DNA from: Chiloscyllium plagiosum
Lineage: Eukaryota
Length of the DNA: 44,048 nucleotides
Direction of reading: 5' to 3'
NCBI RefSeq assembly: GCF_004010195.1
Contig: NC_057713.1
Coordinates: 102,602,124 to 102,646,171 of the forward strand
Shown in pieces: positions 13,758 through 24,833 of this stretch. The notes under the pieces were generated by a model that was not told the DNA's origin, did no database searches, and worked only from the letters and a program-made list of their open reading frames with translations. The stretch's first letter is position 1. Each line of letters opens with the position of its first letter. The translations under genes and the position numbers were made by a program.

Positions 13758-14876
13758 GAGCGCCGTCCTGCTGATTCTTTTGCAGCTTGTTATCACACAA
13801 ATGTTAGGTGTAGCGTTAGCAGATTTCTACCAGCTTTTAATTCCGCGCTACGCTAGTTTCAGATGTTCTTTGCGTTGTGTTGTTAAACTGAGAAGAATTA
13901 TTTTGTTAATCCTATGAGATTTAATTATGAGACATCTGACTGTTCTGTAATTAGACATAACAATCCACTTACTGTTTTAACGAACAGCTCCGTTAATTTA
14001 TGAACTGAGAAAATCCAACAATGGGTTTCAAAGCCTTCCATTATCGAATGACTACGTATCAATGAAAATGTCAGCTAAACTAACAAACTGCATCCAACAT
14101 ACATTGCAGTCACATCCAAAAAAATTAGAACGGGGAAGTCTTTTAGAAGTCTTTCAGCTCTTAGAGTCTGTTCCGACGTATAGTGATTTCATGGCGATGT
14201 GTGACCTAAATTCATAAACCAACCGTGGATCCTCATCCGCAAACTAGAATGAATACCGCGGGTAAGGTTACGTGACTCGTCAACTCGAGCTCTGGACAAA
14301 GGTCTGACTACAAATTCACACACCTCTATTTGTGGTTGAGGTTTTACATTTTTAAAATATTAGATGCAGTAATACAGTGAAACTACTGGGTTGCCTTGAA
14401 CAGCAATTGAGTTTACAAATAATTGTTAGTCAATGAAACCTGCCACCCTATGTGTGCCAAATGGAGTCGATGGACTGCTGCAGAAATGTCAGACAAGAAT
14501 CAAATAGGAAAATCAATCGCCTTTGGTGTTAGATCTTGCAAGTCACTTCTCACACACCTAGGTTCTTGGGTCCATAGACTGTTCAAGAAATGAAATGACA
14601 GAATAATTTCGTAAACCACTGTCCCAACCTCGACCACCAACTTCCTGCACGTATAACCTTGTAGCAATAATGAGAGGCAGTATCGTGATATACAGACGGA
14701 GGCACTGGCCAGGAGTTCTAAACGCAACTCTGAAACCCATGAAATTCGCATATTTTTAAAAACACTACGATGCTGGTGGGACTTGAAGCTGGAACTCCTG
14801 GACCAAATATAGGGGCACTACCACTGCACCACATCATCCCTTAGAAATTGCATCTCGTGTAATCTGATCAAAGAAC

Positions 14877-14998
14877 ATTACTTGCAGTGTGGAAACAGGC
14901 CCTTTGGCCCAACAAGTCCACGCCGATCCGCCGAAGATCAACCCATCCAGACCCATTCATCTACATTTACCCCTTCACCTAACAATTTAACATGGCCA
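14877..14998 (-). mobile_element. HE1-type SINE 3' part, truncated by the duplication junction
   Basis: Copy of 16478-16608. Confidence 0.8.
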
Positions 14999-15008
14999 TC
15001 ACTGACAG

Positions 15009-15317
15009 GGAAATCTGTTGCTCAAACCTTGACACAATCTCCAATCTCAATGACCAGAGCTCTGGGGAAGACTGTACGGTTTGAATGTAAGTTTGAAGGG
15101 AGTGATTTCGACAATGCGGTTATCCATTGGTACCGGCAGATCCCGGGTCAAGGGCTACAGCGCCTGCTATATTTCAAGAATCCGTCCGAGACTCAGCAAG
15201 ATATGGCCGACAAAGTACTTTTTGCTGACAAAATATCTGCGACCAAAACGTGCAGGTTGCTCATGAGGAAAATCAAAGAGGATGACTCTGGGGTCTATTA
15301 CTGTGCGTTCTGGACTG
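15009..15317 (+). pseudogene. TRGV: TCR gamma V segment V-c: leaderless duplicate of the V-b exon (open frame; no leader or promoter of its own)
   Basis: Exon encodes the same protein as V-b at an offset of 1599 nt. Acceptor CACTGACAG is retained, but the upstream sequence is a truncated SINE rather than the intron and leader. Confidence 0.85.
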
Positions 15318-15356
15318 CACAGTAACTGAAAGGCAGGGGAAACCCGCACAAAAAGC
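15318..15356 (+). other. 23-RSS of V-c
   Basis: CACAGTA, 23-nt spacer, ACAAAAAGC. Confidence 0.9.
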
Positions 15357-16477
15357 GAGCGCCGTCCTGCTGATTCTTTTGCAGCTTGTTATCACACAAA
15401 TGTTAGGTGTAGCGTTAGCAGATTTCTACCAGCTTTTAATTCCGCGCTACGCTAGTTTCAGATGTTCTTTGCGTTGTGTTGTTAAACTGAGAAGAATTAT
15501 TTTGTTAATCCTATGAGATTTAATTATGAGACATCTGACTGTTCTGTAAATAGACATAACAATCCACTGACTGTTTTAACGAACAGCTCCGTTAATTTAT
15601 GAACTGAGAAAATCCAACAATGGGTTTCAAAGCCTTCCATTATCGAATGACTACGTATCAATGAAAATGCCAGCTAAACTAACAAACTGCATCCAACATA
15701 TATTGCAGTCACATCCAAAAAAATTAGAACGGTGAAGTCTTTTAGAAGTCTTTCAGCTCTTAGAGTCTGTTCCGACGTATAGTGATTTCATGGTGATGTT
15801 TGACCTAAATTCAAAAACCAACCGTGGATCCTCATCCGCAAACTAGAATGAATACCGCGGGTAAGGTTACGTGACTCGTCATCTCGAGCTCTGGACAAAG
15901 GTCTGACTACAAATTCACACACCTCTATGTGTGGTTGAGGTTTTACATTTTTAAAATATTCGATGCAGTAATACAACTGGGTTGCCTTGAACAGCAATTG
16001 AGTTTACAAATAATTGTTAGTCAATGAAACCTGCCACCTTATGTGTGCCAAATGGAGTCGATGGACTGCTGCAGAAATGTCAGCCAAGAATCAAATAGGA
16101 AAATCAATCGCCTTTGGTGTTAGATCTTGCAAGTCACTTCTCACAAACCTAGGTTCTTGGGTCCAGAGACTGTTCAAGAAATGAAATGATCGAATCATTT
16201 CGTAAACCACTGTCCCAATCTCGACCACCAACTTGCTGCACGTATAACCTGGTACCAATAATGAGAGGCAGTATCGTGATATACAGGCGGAGGGACTGGC
16301 CAGGAGTTCTAAACGTAACTCTGAAACCCATGAAATTTGCACATTTTTAAAAACAGTTAAAAAAACTACGATGCTGGCGGGACTTGAAGCTGGAACTCCT
16401 GGACCAAATATAGGGGCACTACCACTGCACCACATCATCCCTTAGAAATTGCATCTCATGTAATCTGATCAAAGAAC

Positions 16478-16782
16478 ATTACTTACAGTGTGGAAACAGG
16501 CCTTTCGGCCCAACAAGTCCACGCCGACCCGCCGAAGAGCAACCCATCCAGACCCATTCCTCTACATTTACCCCTTCACCTAACACTACGGGCAATTTAA
16601 CATGGCCAATTCACCTCACCTACACATTTTTGGACTGTGGGAGGAAACCGGAGCATCTGGAGGAAGCCCACGCAGACACGGAGAGAATGCACAAACAACA
16701 CACTGACAGTCGCCCGGGAGTTGAACTCGGGTCTCTGGCGATGTGAGGCAGAAGTGCTAACCACTGTGCCACCGTGTCGCCC
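16478..16782 (-). mobile_element. Full-length HE1-type (V-SINE) tRNA-derived SINE
   Basis: Minus strand shows an A-box TGGCACAGTGGTTAGC, a B-box-like GAGTTCAACTCCC, the core GTGTCTGCGTGGG...CCGGTTTCCTCCCACAGTCC and the tail GGCCTGTTTCCACACTGTAAGTAA. Confidence 0.8.
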
Positions 16783-19399
16783 ATTAAATGAACGTTAAAC
16801 TTCTAGTTGATAATGATATGCTATCCTGATCTGATGAATCAGTGTTCCTTCACATAAAAAAAAAACTGGGCACAGTTGTGTCATAGTCAATGTGTTCCAT
16901 AAAGCCGCAACGACAATACTGGCATCTACCTGATTGCGCGCACAATTTCTCGAGCAAGTCCTCTGCATGAAACTTGAGACAAATCAAATTGGCAAATTGC
17001 TTCCCCTAACAGTCATCTTTTAGTTATTAACAAAGTGATGGAAGATCCAAATGATAGTGTTATCAAGCAATAATTTGTGTCTATCTCAAGTCCCTTCCAG
17101 TCCAGAGATATGTCGTAAGGTGTCGAACAGTTTGATTAAAATTTTTCATACAGCAACAATGCGTTCACAGATTTCAGTTTTGATTCAATCAGGTCCACTC
17201 ATCTCCAGTCCTTATCACAATCTCAATCCAAACGTATTAAAACAGAGCTCATTATCAATTACCTTAAAAAAGAGGAGGCATTAACGAAATATGGCATCGA
17301 GGATCCTGAATAGAATTAAGGTAAATGAGAATCGTGGGCCAGGGACTTTCCATACCTGGAATCATACATAGCACAAAGGCAGATACCTGAGGTCATTGAA
17401 AGCCAATAATTCCAGCTCCGAGATATTACCAGGGGATGCCATCAGAGTGGTGATCTATGCCCAAAAATCTTCAGTTACTTCATCAATTCTCTCCATTATA
17501 AAATCAGAAATAAGGATATTTGCTGATTACTGCGGTGTTCGTGATCATTCATGACTCATCAGATATTGAATCTGTCAATATCTATATGTAGGAGAACCCG
17601 AACAACATTTAGACATGAGATGAGAATTTCATCCAAATGTAAAGCAAGTGACCCTATGCAGCATAAGGGAATTTAAGCACCTCACTGTGACATTCAATTG
17701 CTGACCAGAACTGAGGGCAACACCATCAATATCCCGGGATTACCATGGATGAGAAAACTAACCAGGCAACTATATAAACTCTGTGGTTAAAAGACAAGAT
17801 CGCAGGCTGATATATTGTGGAAAAATCTCAACTTGTCACGACTTATAGCCTGCCCACCATACAGCTTACACATCAGCAGAGTGGGAGAATTGTCTTCAGT
17901 TACCTGGATTGGATGCTGCCTGACCTGCTGCGCTTTTCCAGCAACACATTTTCAGCGCTGCCCACCATATCAGCAGAGTGGGAGAATTGTCTTCAGTTAC
18001 CTGGATGAGAGTGGCTATAAGAACACTCAAGAAGGTGAACACCATCCAAGGTAAAAGTACCCTCAATTAATTGGAACTGTATTCATTAGTTTCAAGCATT
18101 AATGCACAACAACTGCACAGCGCACCATCTGTGAGATGCTCGCAGCATTCACCATTGCTCGTCTTCCAAACCCACAATCTCTAGAAGAGTAAATGTTGCA
18201 GGTGGATGGGACCGCATAAAAGATCTCCTGCAACCACAGACTGATCTGACTGGAATCATCTTAAAGTTTCTCACTGGCACTGAGTTAAAATGGTCATATT
18301 GTCACCTTGACAATGCTGAGAGAATGTACACTGCATCATCTGCTGTGAGTCTACAGTGCACATGGCACAAAATAAATGTAGATAACAAAATATATTTAGC
18401 CCCAGATTTAAATTTCTCAATTGAATTAGCATATATTCTTCATAAAAATAAATGCTGCATTTTTCTTTGTTTGCAAGCACAACAGTGCTACATTTTCATC
18501 TTTTATGATTCCACTGAAAAGGGAAGCAAGACTACAGAAGCTTTCATGAAGGTAAAAGCCAAAAATTATACATGTAATCTCACATTACATACATTATGAC
18601 AAGTTTTCCTAATTTACGTTACGTCTTTATCCCTTTGCAGACTCATTGTGCCATGCCAACACTTGCCTTCCCACATATATTTGTGTCTTTTTTATTCATT
18701 CAAGGGATGAGGGTGTCGCTGGCTAAGCCAGAATTTATTGTCCATCACTAGTTGCCCAGATAGCAGATAAGAAGCAACCACGTTGTTGTGGATCTTCTTA
18801 CTTCACTGCTTCCCCTTTATTTATTACATTTCTAGTCAAATGGTCAGGCATGATTTCCCCTTCATGATGCCATGCTGATTCTGCATGCTCATATTATGAA
18901 CATCGAAAGATTCTGCTATTACCTTCATTAAAACAGACTTGGGCATTTCCCAAATCTCTGACATTAAGCTAACTGGCCTACAGTTACCTGCTTTGTTGTC
19001 TCTTGCCTTTTTAAACCAAGGTGTTATACAGTTTTCCAATCCTCTTCAACCTTTCCAGAATCTAATGATTCTTGTAAGATTACTATGAGTGTATGCACTC
19101 TCTGCTGCTACTTCCTTTCGTGTACAAGAATGTATTCAACTGGTTCCAGGCACCTATCAATCTTTCGCTCTATTAGTTTCCCTACCCCGCCCATCCCTTG
19201 ACATATTTAACTCTTCCATCCTCCACCCGGTCACAGATTTCCCTTGTGTTGATACCTCCCCCTTTCCCTATTTCCCTGCCTTCTCTCTGGGTTAAAAACC
19301 CTGTCGACATCTCAGCGTTTTCCAGCTCAGGTTTCTGAAACGGTGGCTCGGTTTCTCTCTCCACAGCTGCTGCTGGAGTATTTCCAACATTTTCTGTTT

Positions 19400-19540
19400 A
19401 TATTGCAAATAACCGACCTGGAGGGCAGGGGGCGGGGTTCAACCCTGACCAATGTCTCACTGATTGGTTTGAAAGAAGCGATTCATTTCTTTTTAGTTTC
19501 TATCCAGCTGCTTGAGAGAACAGTTGAAGATCGAGTGAAT
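19400..19540 (+). promoter_or_regulatory. Putative V-d promoter
   Basis: GGGGCGGGG 19429-19437, CCAAT at 19449, ATTGG at 19463, directly upstream of the leader ATG. Confidence 0.45.
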
Positions 19541-19981
19541 ATGTCGCTGTATTACTGGCTCATGGTGGTAACCACTTTGCCCTGTATGTGTTTCTGACGC
19601 TATTATTCAGATATTGTTATTCATTCGCAGCCATCAAGCGGTTATTTGTAACCCTGTAAATTCTTTCCTTAGGCGGATATTTTGCACAAACATTGAAACA
19701 GACTATCCCATCCATTACCAAAACTGTGGGTAAAACCGCTCGATTCAAATGCGAAGTCGAAGGATTAACTATCAGCAACAGCAATCCCCTTCACTGGTAT
19801 CAGCAAAAACCCGGTCAGGCACCCACCCGGATCCTCTATTATGGATCAGGCATATCAAGGGATTCGGGATTTGGTGATCGGTTCAAAGCTGAGAAATCCA
19901 AAAACAACGAATTCTCCCTCACAATCGGCAAAGTGAAGGAAGAGGACACGGCCACCTATTACTGTGCGTGCTGGATAGATA
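19541..19981 (+). CDS. TRGV: TCR gamma V segment V-d, apparently functional
   Basis: Leader 19541-19583 (MSLYYWLMVVTTLP, donor GTATGT), 89-bp intron, V exon 19673-19981: GYFAQTLKQTIPSITKTVGKTARFKC...LHWYQQKPGQAP...DTATYYCACWID. Confidence 0.93.
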
Positions 19982-20020
19982 CACGCTGCGAGATATCAAT
20001 GCAATGTTTGTACAAAAACA
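19982..20020 (+). other. 23-RSS of V-d (non-consensus heptamer)
   Basis: CACGCTG, 23-nt spacer, ACAAAAACA. Confidence 0.85.
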
Positions 20021-20222
20021 CTGAACCATTCGAAGCTAAGCTATCAGAGACCCCTCCCCTAATTGGGTAAAGTAGCAACGACACCACAGCTGGATCTGTG
20101 TCTGAGCTTCTTCCGCCTGAATCCGTGAATTGGCGAGTGATGTGACGCCAATCAGGTCGCGGCCGTTTTGGTCAATTTGTTCCTGATCTTGGAGTGAAAG
20201 CACCGAGAGCCGACTCACTGTA

Positions 20223-20319
20223 GAGTTCAAGGGCTTTGGTCGAGTAGAAGTTGCAGTGAAGGTCTCCCTGAGTTCAAGGGCTTTGGTCGAGTAGAAGTTG
20301 CAGTGAAGGTCTCCCTGAG
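20223..20319 (+). repeat. Perfect 47-bp tandem duplication
   Basis: GAGTTCAAGGGCTTTGGTCGAGTAGAAGTTGCAGTGAAGGTCTCCCT twice. Confidence 0.9.
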
Positions 20320-21501
20320 CCGGCGGGTGCAGTTACACTGTGGATTTCTTCCTTCAGTCATCGAATTTCAGAGTGTAGGCATAAACGCCAGCGGCTGGAG
20401 CAGTGTAACCCCGCCAAATGTCAATGGTGCACAGGAGTGCAGCGGGGGTGCCTGACTGTGTTCGTCAGCTCTGGTCCCAGTGCAGGAGTAAATGGGACAT
20501 CGACACGTAACTTCCCATGAAATCACTTACAGCCTCCTGGCCTGAGTAAACAGTGATACAAAATAACGTTTCTGCTTTATTAGGAGTAAGTTGTGATCTG
20601 GGATGTTCTGCCTGAAAGGATGGTGGAAACAGATCCAGGTGTCAATTTCGAAAGCGAACTGGATAAAGATTTGAAATTATACAGGGCATTGGTGAGGACA
20701 CACCCTGAATTTTGTTTGTACTTTTGATCTCAGGGTGCAGTGAAGGTTTACGGAATTGATTCCTGGAATGGTAGGACTGACGTATGAACAGAGAGTGACT
20801 CGGCGAGGACTATATTCAGTAGAATTTAGAAGAATGAGTGAGTATGTCATAGAAAACTATAAAATCCTATTGTGTGTACTTTTGATCTTCTTATTTGAGG
20901 AACGATGTTGTTGTTATAGACAGAGTGCAGTGAAGGCTTACCGAAATTGATTGCTAGAATGGTGGGGCTGACGTATAAGCAGAGAGTGACTTGGCGATGA
21001 TTGTATTGAGTGCAATTTAGAAGAATGAGTAGGAATCTCATAGACACCTGTAAAATCCTAACAAGAAGGTGCAGGAAGGGTGCTTCGGGAAGTACAGATC
21101 AGGAGTTACAGCAAAGATTAAGACAAGGTAAGGATCTTTTCGGACTGACATGAGGAGAACTTGCATCAGTCAGAAACTGGTGAATCTGTGATATTTATTT
21201 TTTTACAGAAAGTGTTTGACGCCAAAGATTGAATGTTTTCAAGAAGGATGTAGGTATGGTTGTTGTGGTTAAAGGGATCAAGGAATATGGGCTGCGGGGT
21301 GAGGGAAGAAGAGGTTAGAATATCATCAGCCATTTGAGGGAACACAAAATGTGGGAAATGGCAGATAAACTGTATCAAGACAATTCATCACGAACCCCTA
21401 GCGGTATTGTTTTGCATTGTCTATATTCAGGATGCGAATCATTTCCTGTTTAATTATCCGGTTTAACACAGTGAATGCAGCCTTCTCACCATTGCTGCAC
21501 C

Positions 21502-22022
21502 ATGTCGTTCCATTGTCTGGTTTGTCTGTTGATGCTTTCCCCCAGTGAGTGCGACACCGAGCCGTTGAACCATCAAGTTATAGAGGGACACCATTCAGCC
21601 CGTTCTTTTTGTGTTGGCTCACTCCAGAAATCTTCAGCTTGCTACAACACCCCTCCCCGCCCCCAGCTGTCCCCCCGCCGCCTTTTCCACGAGCCATCAT
21701 TTCTTTCCTTTTCTCGAGTTTCTACTATTCTCTTCAAAAAGCCAGGAATGAACCTGCTCACAGCCAATACAGTCGACATTCTCAACATTTGCTGTGTGAT
21801 TTTTTCTTCCCTCACGTTTATTTGTTTTACCGATAATTATAAAATTGTCTTCTGCATTTGGCCGTTGTATTAATGGGAACTGTTCCTTCCTATCCGCTTT
21901 CTTTGTGATTTCTGTCTGTCTCCTCGGCTACATGACTTTTCTGTATTTTATATTTGCTGGTGAACATTTTGCCGAGGTCTTGAGACAGTCACCAATATCG
22001 ATCACGAGGCCCAAGACATCAC
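21502..22022 (+). pseudogene. TRGV: TCR gamma V segment V-e (V-a paralog), disrupted
   Basis: Leader 21502-21544 matches V-a. Acceptor AG>TG at 21958-21959. FR1 EHFAEVLRQSPISITRPKTS is then interrupted by a repeat and an N gap. Confidence 0.88.
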
Positions 22023-22101
22023 AGCTGAAAACTTTATTGCTGGAACAGCACAGCAGGTCAGGCAGCATCTAGGGAACAGAAGATTCGACGTTTCGGGCAC
22101 A
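22023..22101 (-). mobile_element. Penelope-like terminal sequence inserted in V-e FR1
   Basis: Same repeat family as 43895 onward; carries half a hammerhead (CCCGAAACGTC on the minus strand) before the gap. Confidence 0.65.
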
Positions 22102-24216
22102 NNNNNNNNNNNNNNNNNNNNNNNNNNNNNNNNNNNNNNNNNNNNNNNNNNNNNNNNNNNNNNNNNNNNNNNNNNNNNNNNNNNNNNNNNNNNNNNNNNN
22201 NNNNNNNNNNNNNNNNNNNNNNNNNNNNNNNNNNNNNNNNNNNNNNNNNNNNNNNNNNNNNNNNNNNNNNNNNNNNNNNNNNNNNNNNNNNNNNNNNNNA
22301 GTTTCCAGACCACAGGTGGAGTCCTTGTTACTAAAATACCAAATCGCAAAATCAAACTCAGGATTAACTTCAATTTTAATAATAAAAGCAGAGATAAATA
22401 TGACTGGAGTTTTGAATTCAAGGACTGATGTGGAAATAAGAACAGTTACGTGCACGGCTTCAGTATCGCTGATGCCTTATTAGGGTGACACATCTTGAAG
22501 AAATACGTTCAGTTATTCACTTAGTTCGCCTGGCTTTTTTTTCCGCAGTGGATGAATCGGACAATCTTTGCCACACACGTCATTTTGGTTTTGGCCATGT
22601 ATTTAAAAATGGACAAATGGTTCATTTTAGCTTTTTTTCCCCTCAACATGTTAAGGTGAGGTAATCAATGTTTCCGAATCAGTTTGTGCAAATTCCTACG
22701 TGGGAAAAACTTAAAATTCCAAGAATACCAATATAATGGATGTTCATTGACCGTTATTCATTTATTAATAAATAATTTAGCAGATCACCCTGCATGCATT
22801 TTCAGTGGCAACTTTGCTCCAGGTATGAATTTCAGCCTATCTCCACACCAGACCTTTCAAATCCTTCCTCTGAATTTCCCACAGGACTTTCCGTGTCTCT
22901 TTGTGAAGTAATGTGCACGCTTCGCGAACCATTCTTGATTTCCTCCGTTCTGAAAGAGAGGTTATTCCCAGTAATCCCTCAAATGCCAGCACAGCCAACT
23001 TTCTTATTTCCAAATAATTTACAATCAAATCAACTGACACCACGAAACAATTGATATCATACCTAATTTTCAATTTTGTTTGTGGAGTCGTCCATTCGAA
23101 AGAAAACGAGGCCGATGGTCGGTCAATGGTCTGTTATTTTCATTGGTTTCTCACGTACATATTTAAGAAGTAGCGCCTTACAGACTTCTTAGAAACCGTC
23201 CACGTGTGAATCTCCTGAGAGTTACATTCCCACTTGCTTTTCCTGTATCCAGATAAAATTCGAGTATGTTTACACTTCCCAACAACACTCTTCTTGGGTT
23301 TGAGACCGACTGTTGTTCTTTGGGTTTTGAAGTTTAGTCAGACGTGTGGCCGTGCCACTGGAGACTGTGGTTACAGTCACCAAGTTAAAAATCACACAAC
23401 ACCAGGTTATCTCCAAATCATGGTTACAGTCACCATGTGGGATTCTGTGCTGAAGGCAAGATTTCTTTCAATCCTGGATCCCAGACAGACATCAAGACAG
23501 TTGCCGGGATGCTGCCAGGAATGCAGGATTTGAGTTATAAGGAGAGGCTGGATAGACTAGGACTTTTTTCACTGGAGGGCAGGAAGTTGAGGGGTGCACT
23601 TATACAAGTTTATAATATTATGAGGAGTATAGATAAGATGAATGGCAGATGTCTTTTCCCTAGGGTAGGCGGGGTGGGCGCTGGTTGGTTTCAAGACTAG
23701 ATGGTCTAGAAGACTCGAAGTGACAGGAGAAAGATTTTAAACAAGACGTGAGGGAAATTGGTAAACCAGAGAGTGGTTTTTTACGTGGAATGAACATCCA
23801 GAGAAAGTAGTGGATGCGGGTACGGTTACAAAGTTTAAAATACTTTAAGATGTACATGAATAAGAAATGATTCGGAGATGCCGGTGTTGGACTGGGGTGT
23901 ACAAAGTTAAAAATCACACAACACCAGGTTATAGTCCAACAGGTTTAATTGGAAGCACACTAGCTTTCGTAACGACGCTCCTTCATCAGGTGATTGTGGA
24001 AGGCTCGATCGTAACACAGAATTTATAGCAAAGATTTGCAGTGTGACACTTCAGTGGTCCAGGACATTCAGCCTTGGACCTTCGGGTGACTATCCTCCAA
24101 GGTGGACTTTGGGACAGGCAGCAGAGGAAAGTGGCCGAGCAGAGGCTGATAGCTACGTTCGGTACCCATAGGGAGAGCCTTGGGTTCATGTCACATTACA
24201 GGTGATCACCATTGCA

Positions 24217-24363
24217 CTACACACACACACACACTGATATTCCTACATACACACACTCTCACATACACACGGACACAGATACACACAGACGCGCACACAG
24301 ACACCCACACACACCCTTATAGACACACACACTCCCACATTCACACATGCACCCCCTCACAGA
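24217..24363 (+). repeat. Degenerate (CA)n microsatellite inside the Penelope-like 3' region
   Basis: CA-rich run. Confidence 0.85.
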
Positions 24364-24798
24364 CTTAAGATNNNNNNNNNNNNNNNNNNNNNNNNNNNNN
24401 NNNNNNNNNNNNNNNNNNNNNNNNNNNNNNNNNNNNNNNNNNNNNNNNNNNNNNNNNNNNNNNNNNNNNNNNNNNNNNNNNNNNNNNNNNNNNNNNNNNN
24501 NNNNNNNNNNNNNNNNNNNNNNNNNNNNNNNNNNNNNNNNNNNNNNNNNNNNNNNNNNNNNNACAGGGGGCTAACACTTTCAACATATTGTCTAGCTATC
24601 ACCATTGTTAATAGCTAACCCGAGAATGCAACTTTAAAAATAAGGGTTTTGTGATTTACACATGAAAGAAGTGAAACTATCACTGTATTCTAACAGATGA
24701 AAGGCTTAACAGACAATCAATTCTTCAATGTATAATTTCAGTTACATCACACTGCAAATTTTAGCTATAAATTCTGTTACGATCGAGCCCTCCACAAT

Positions 24799-24833
24799 CA
24801 CCTGATGAAGGAGCGTCGCTCCGAAAGCTAGTG
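24799..24833 (+). ncRNA. Minimal type I hammerhead ribozyme motif (PLE-associated)
   Basis: CAC-CTGATGA-A-GGAGC-GTC-GCTCC-GAAA-GC-TA-GTG. Confidence 0.7.

Larger units (their letters stand above)
13400..16608 (+). repeat. 1.6-kb tandem duplication of V exon, RSS and 3' flank
   Basis: 13400-14998 is repeated at 14999-16608. Confidence 0.93.
5504..19184 (+). repeat. Segmental duplication copy B (5' part lost in the gap)
   Basis: 5504-12492 aligns to about 22305-30379, and about 15602-19184 aligns to about 30377-33582. Confidence 0.9.

Noticed and set aside
14882-15008. N-terminal extension of ORF 14882-15325 as a novel leader
   Set aside because: Antisense SINE sequence with a TTG start, no ATG and no hydrophobic signal peptide.
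13719-15010. Double-V chain (NAR-TCR-like) formed by splicing V-b to V-c via GTAACT in the heptamer
   Set aside because: The donor would be weak and phase 2, while the V-c acceptor needs phase 1, so the product is out of frame.
16690-16782. tRNA gene
   Set aside because: tRNA-derived head of a SINE, continuous with the SINE core and tail.
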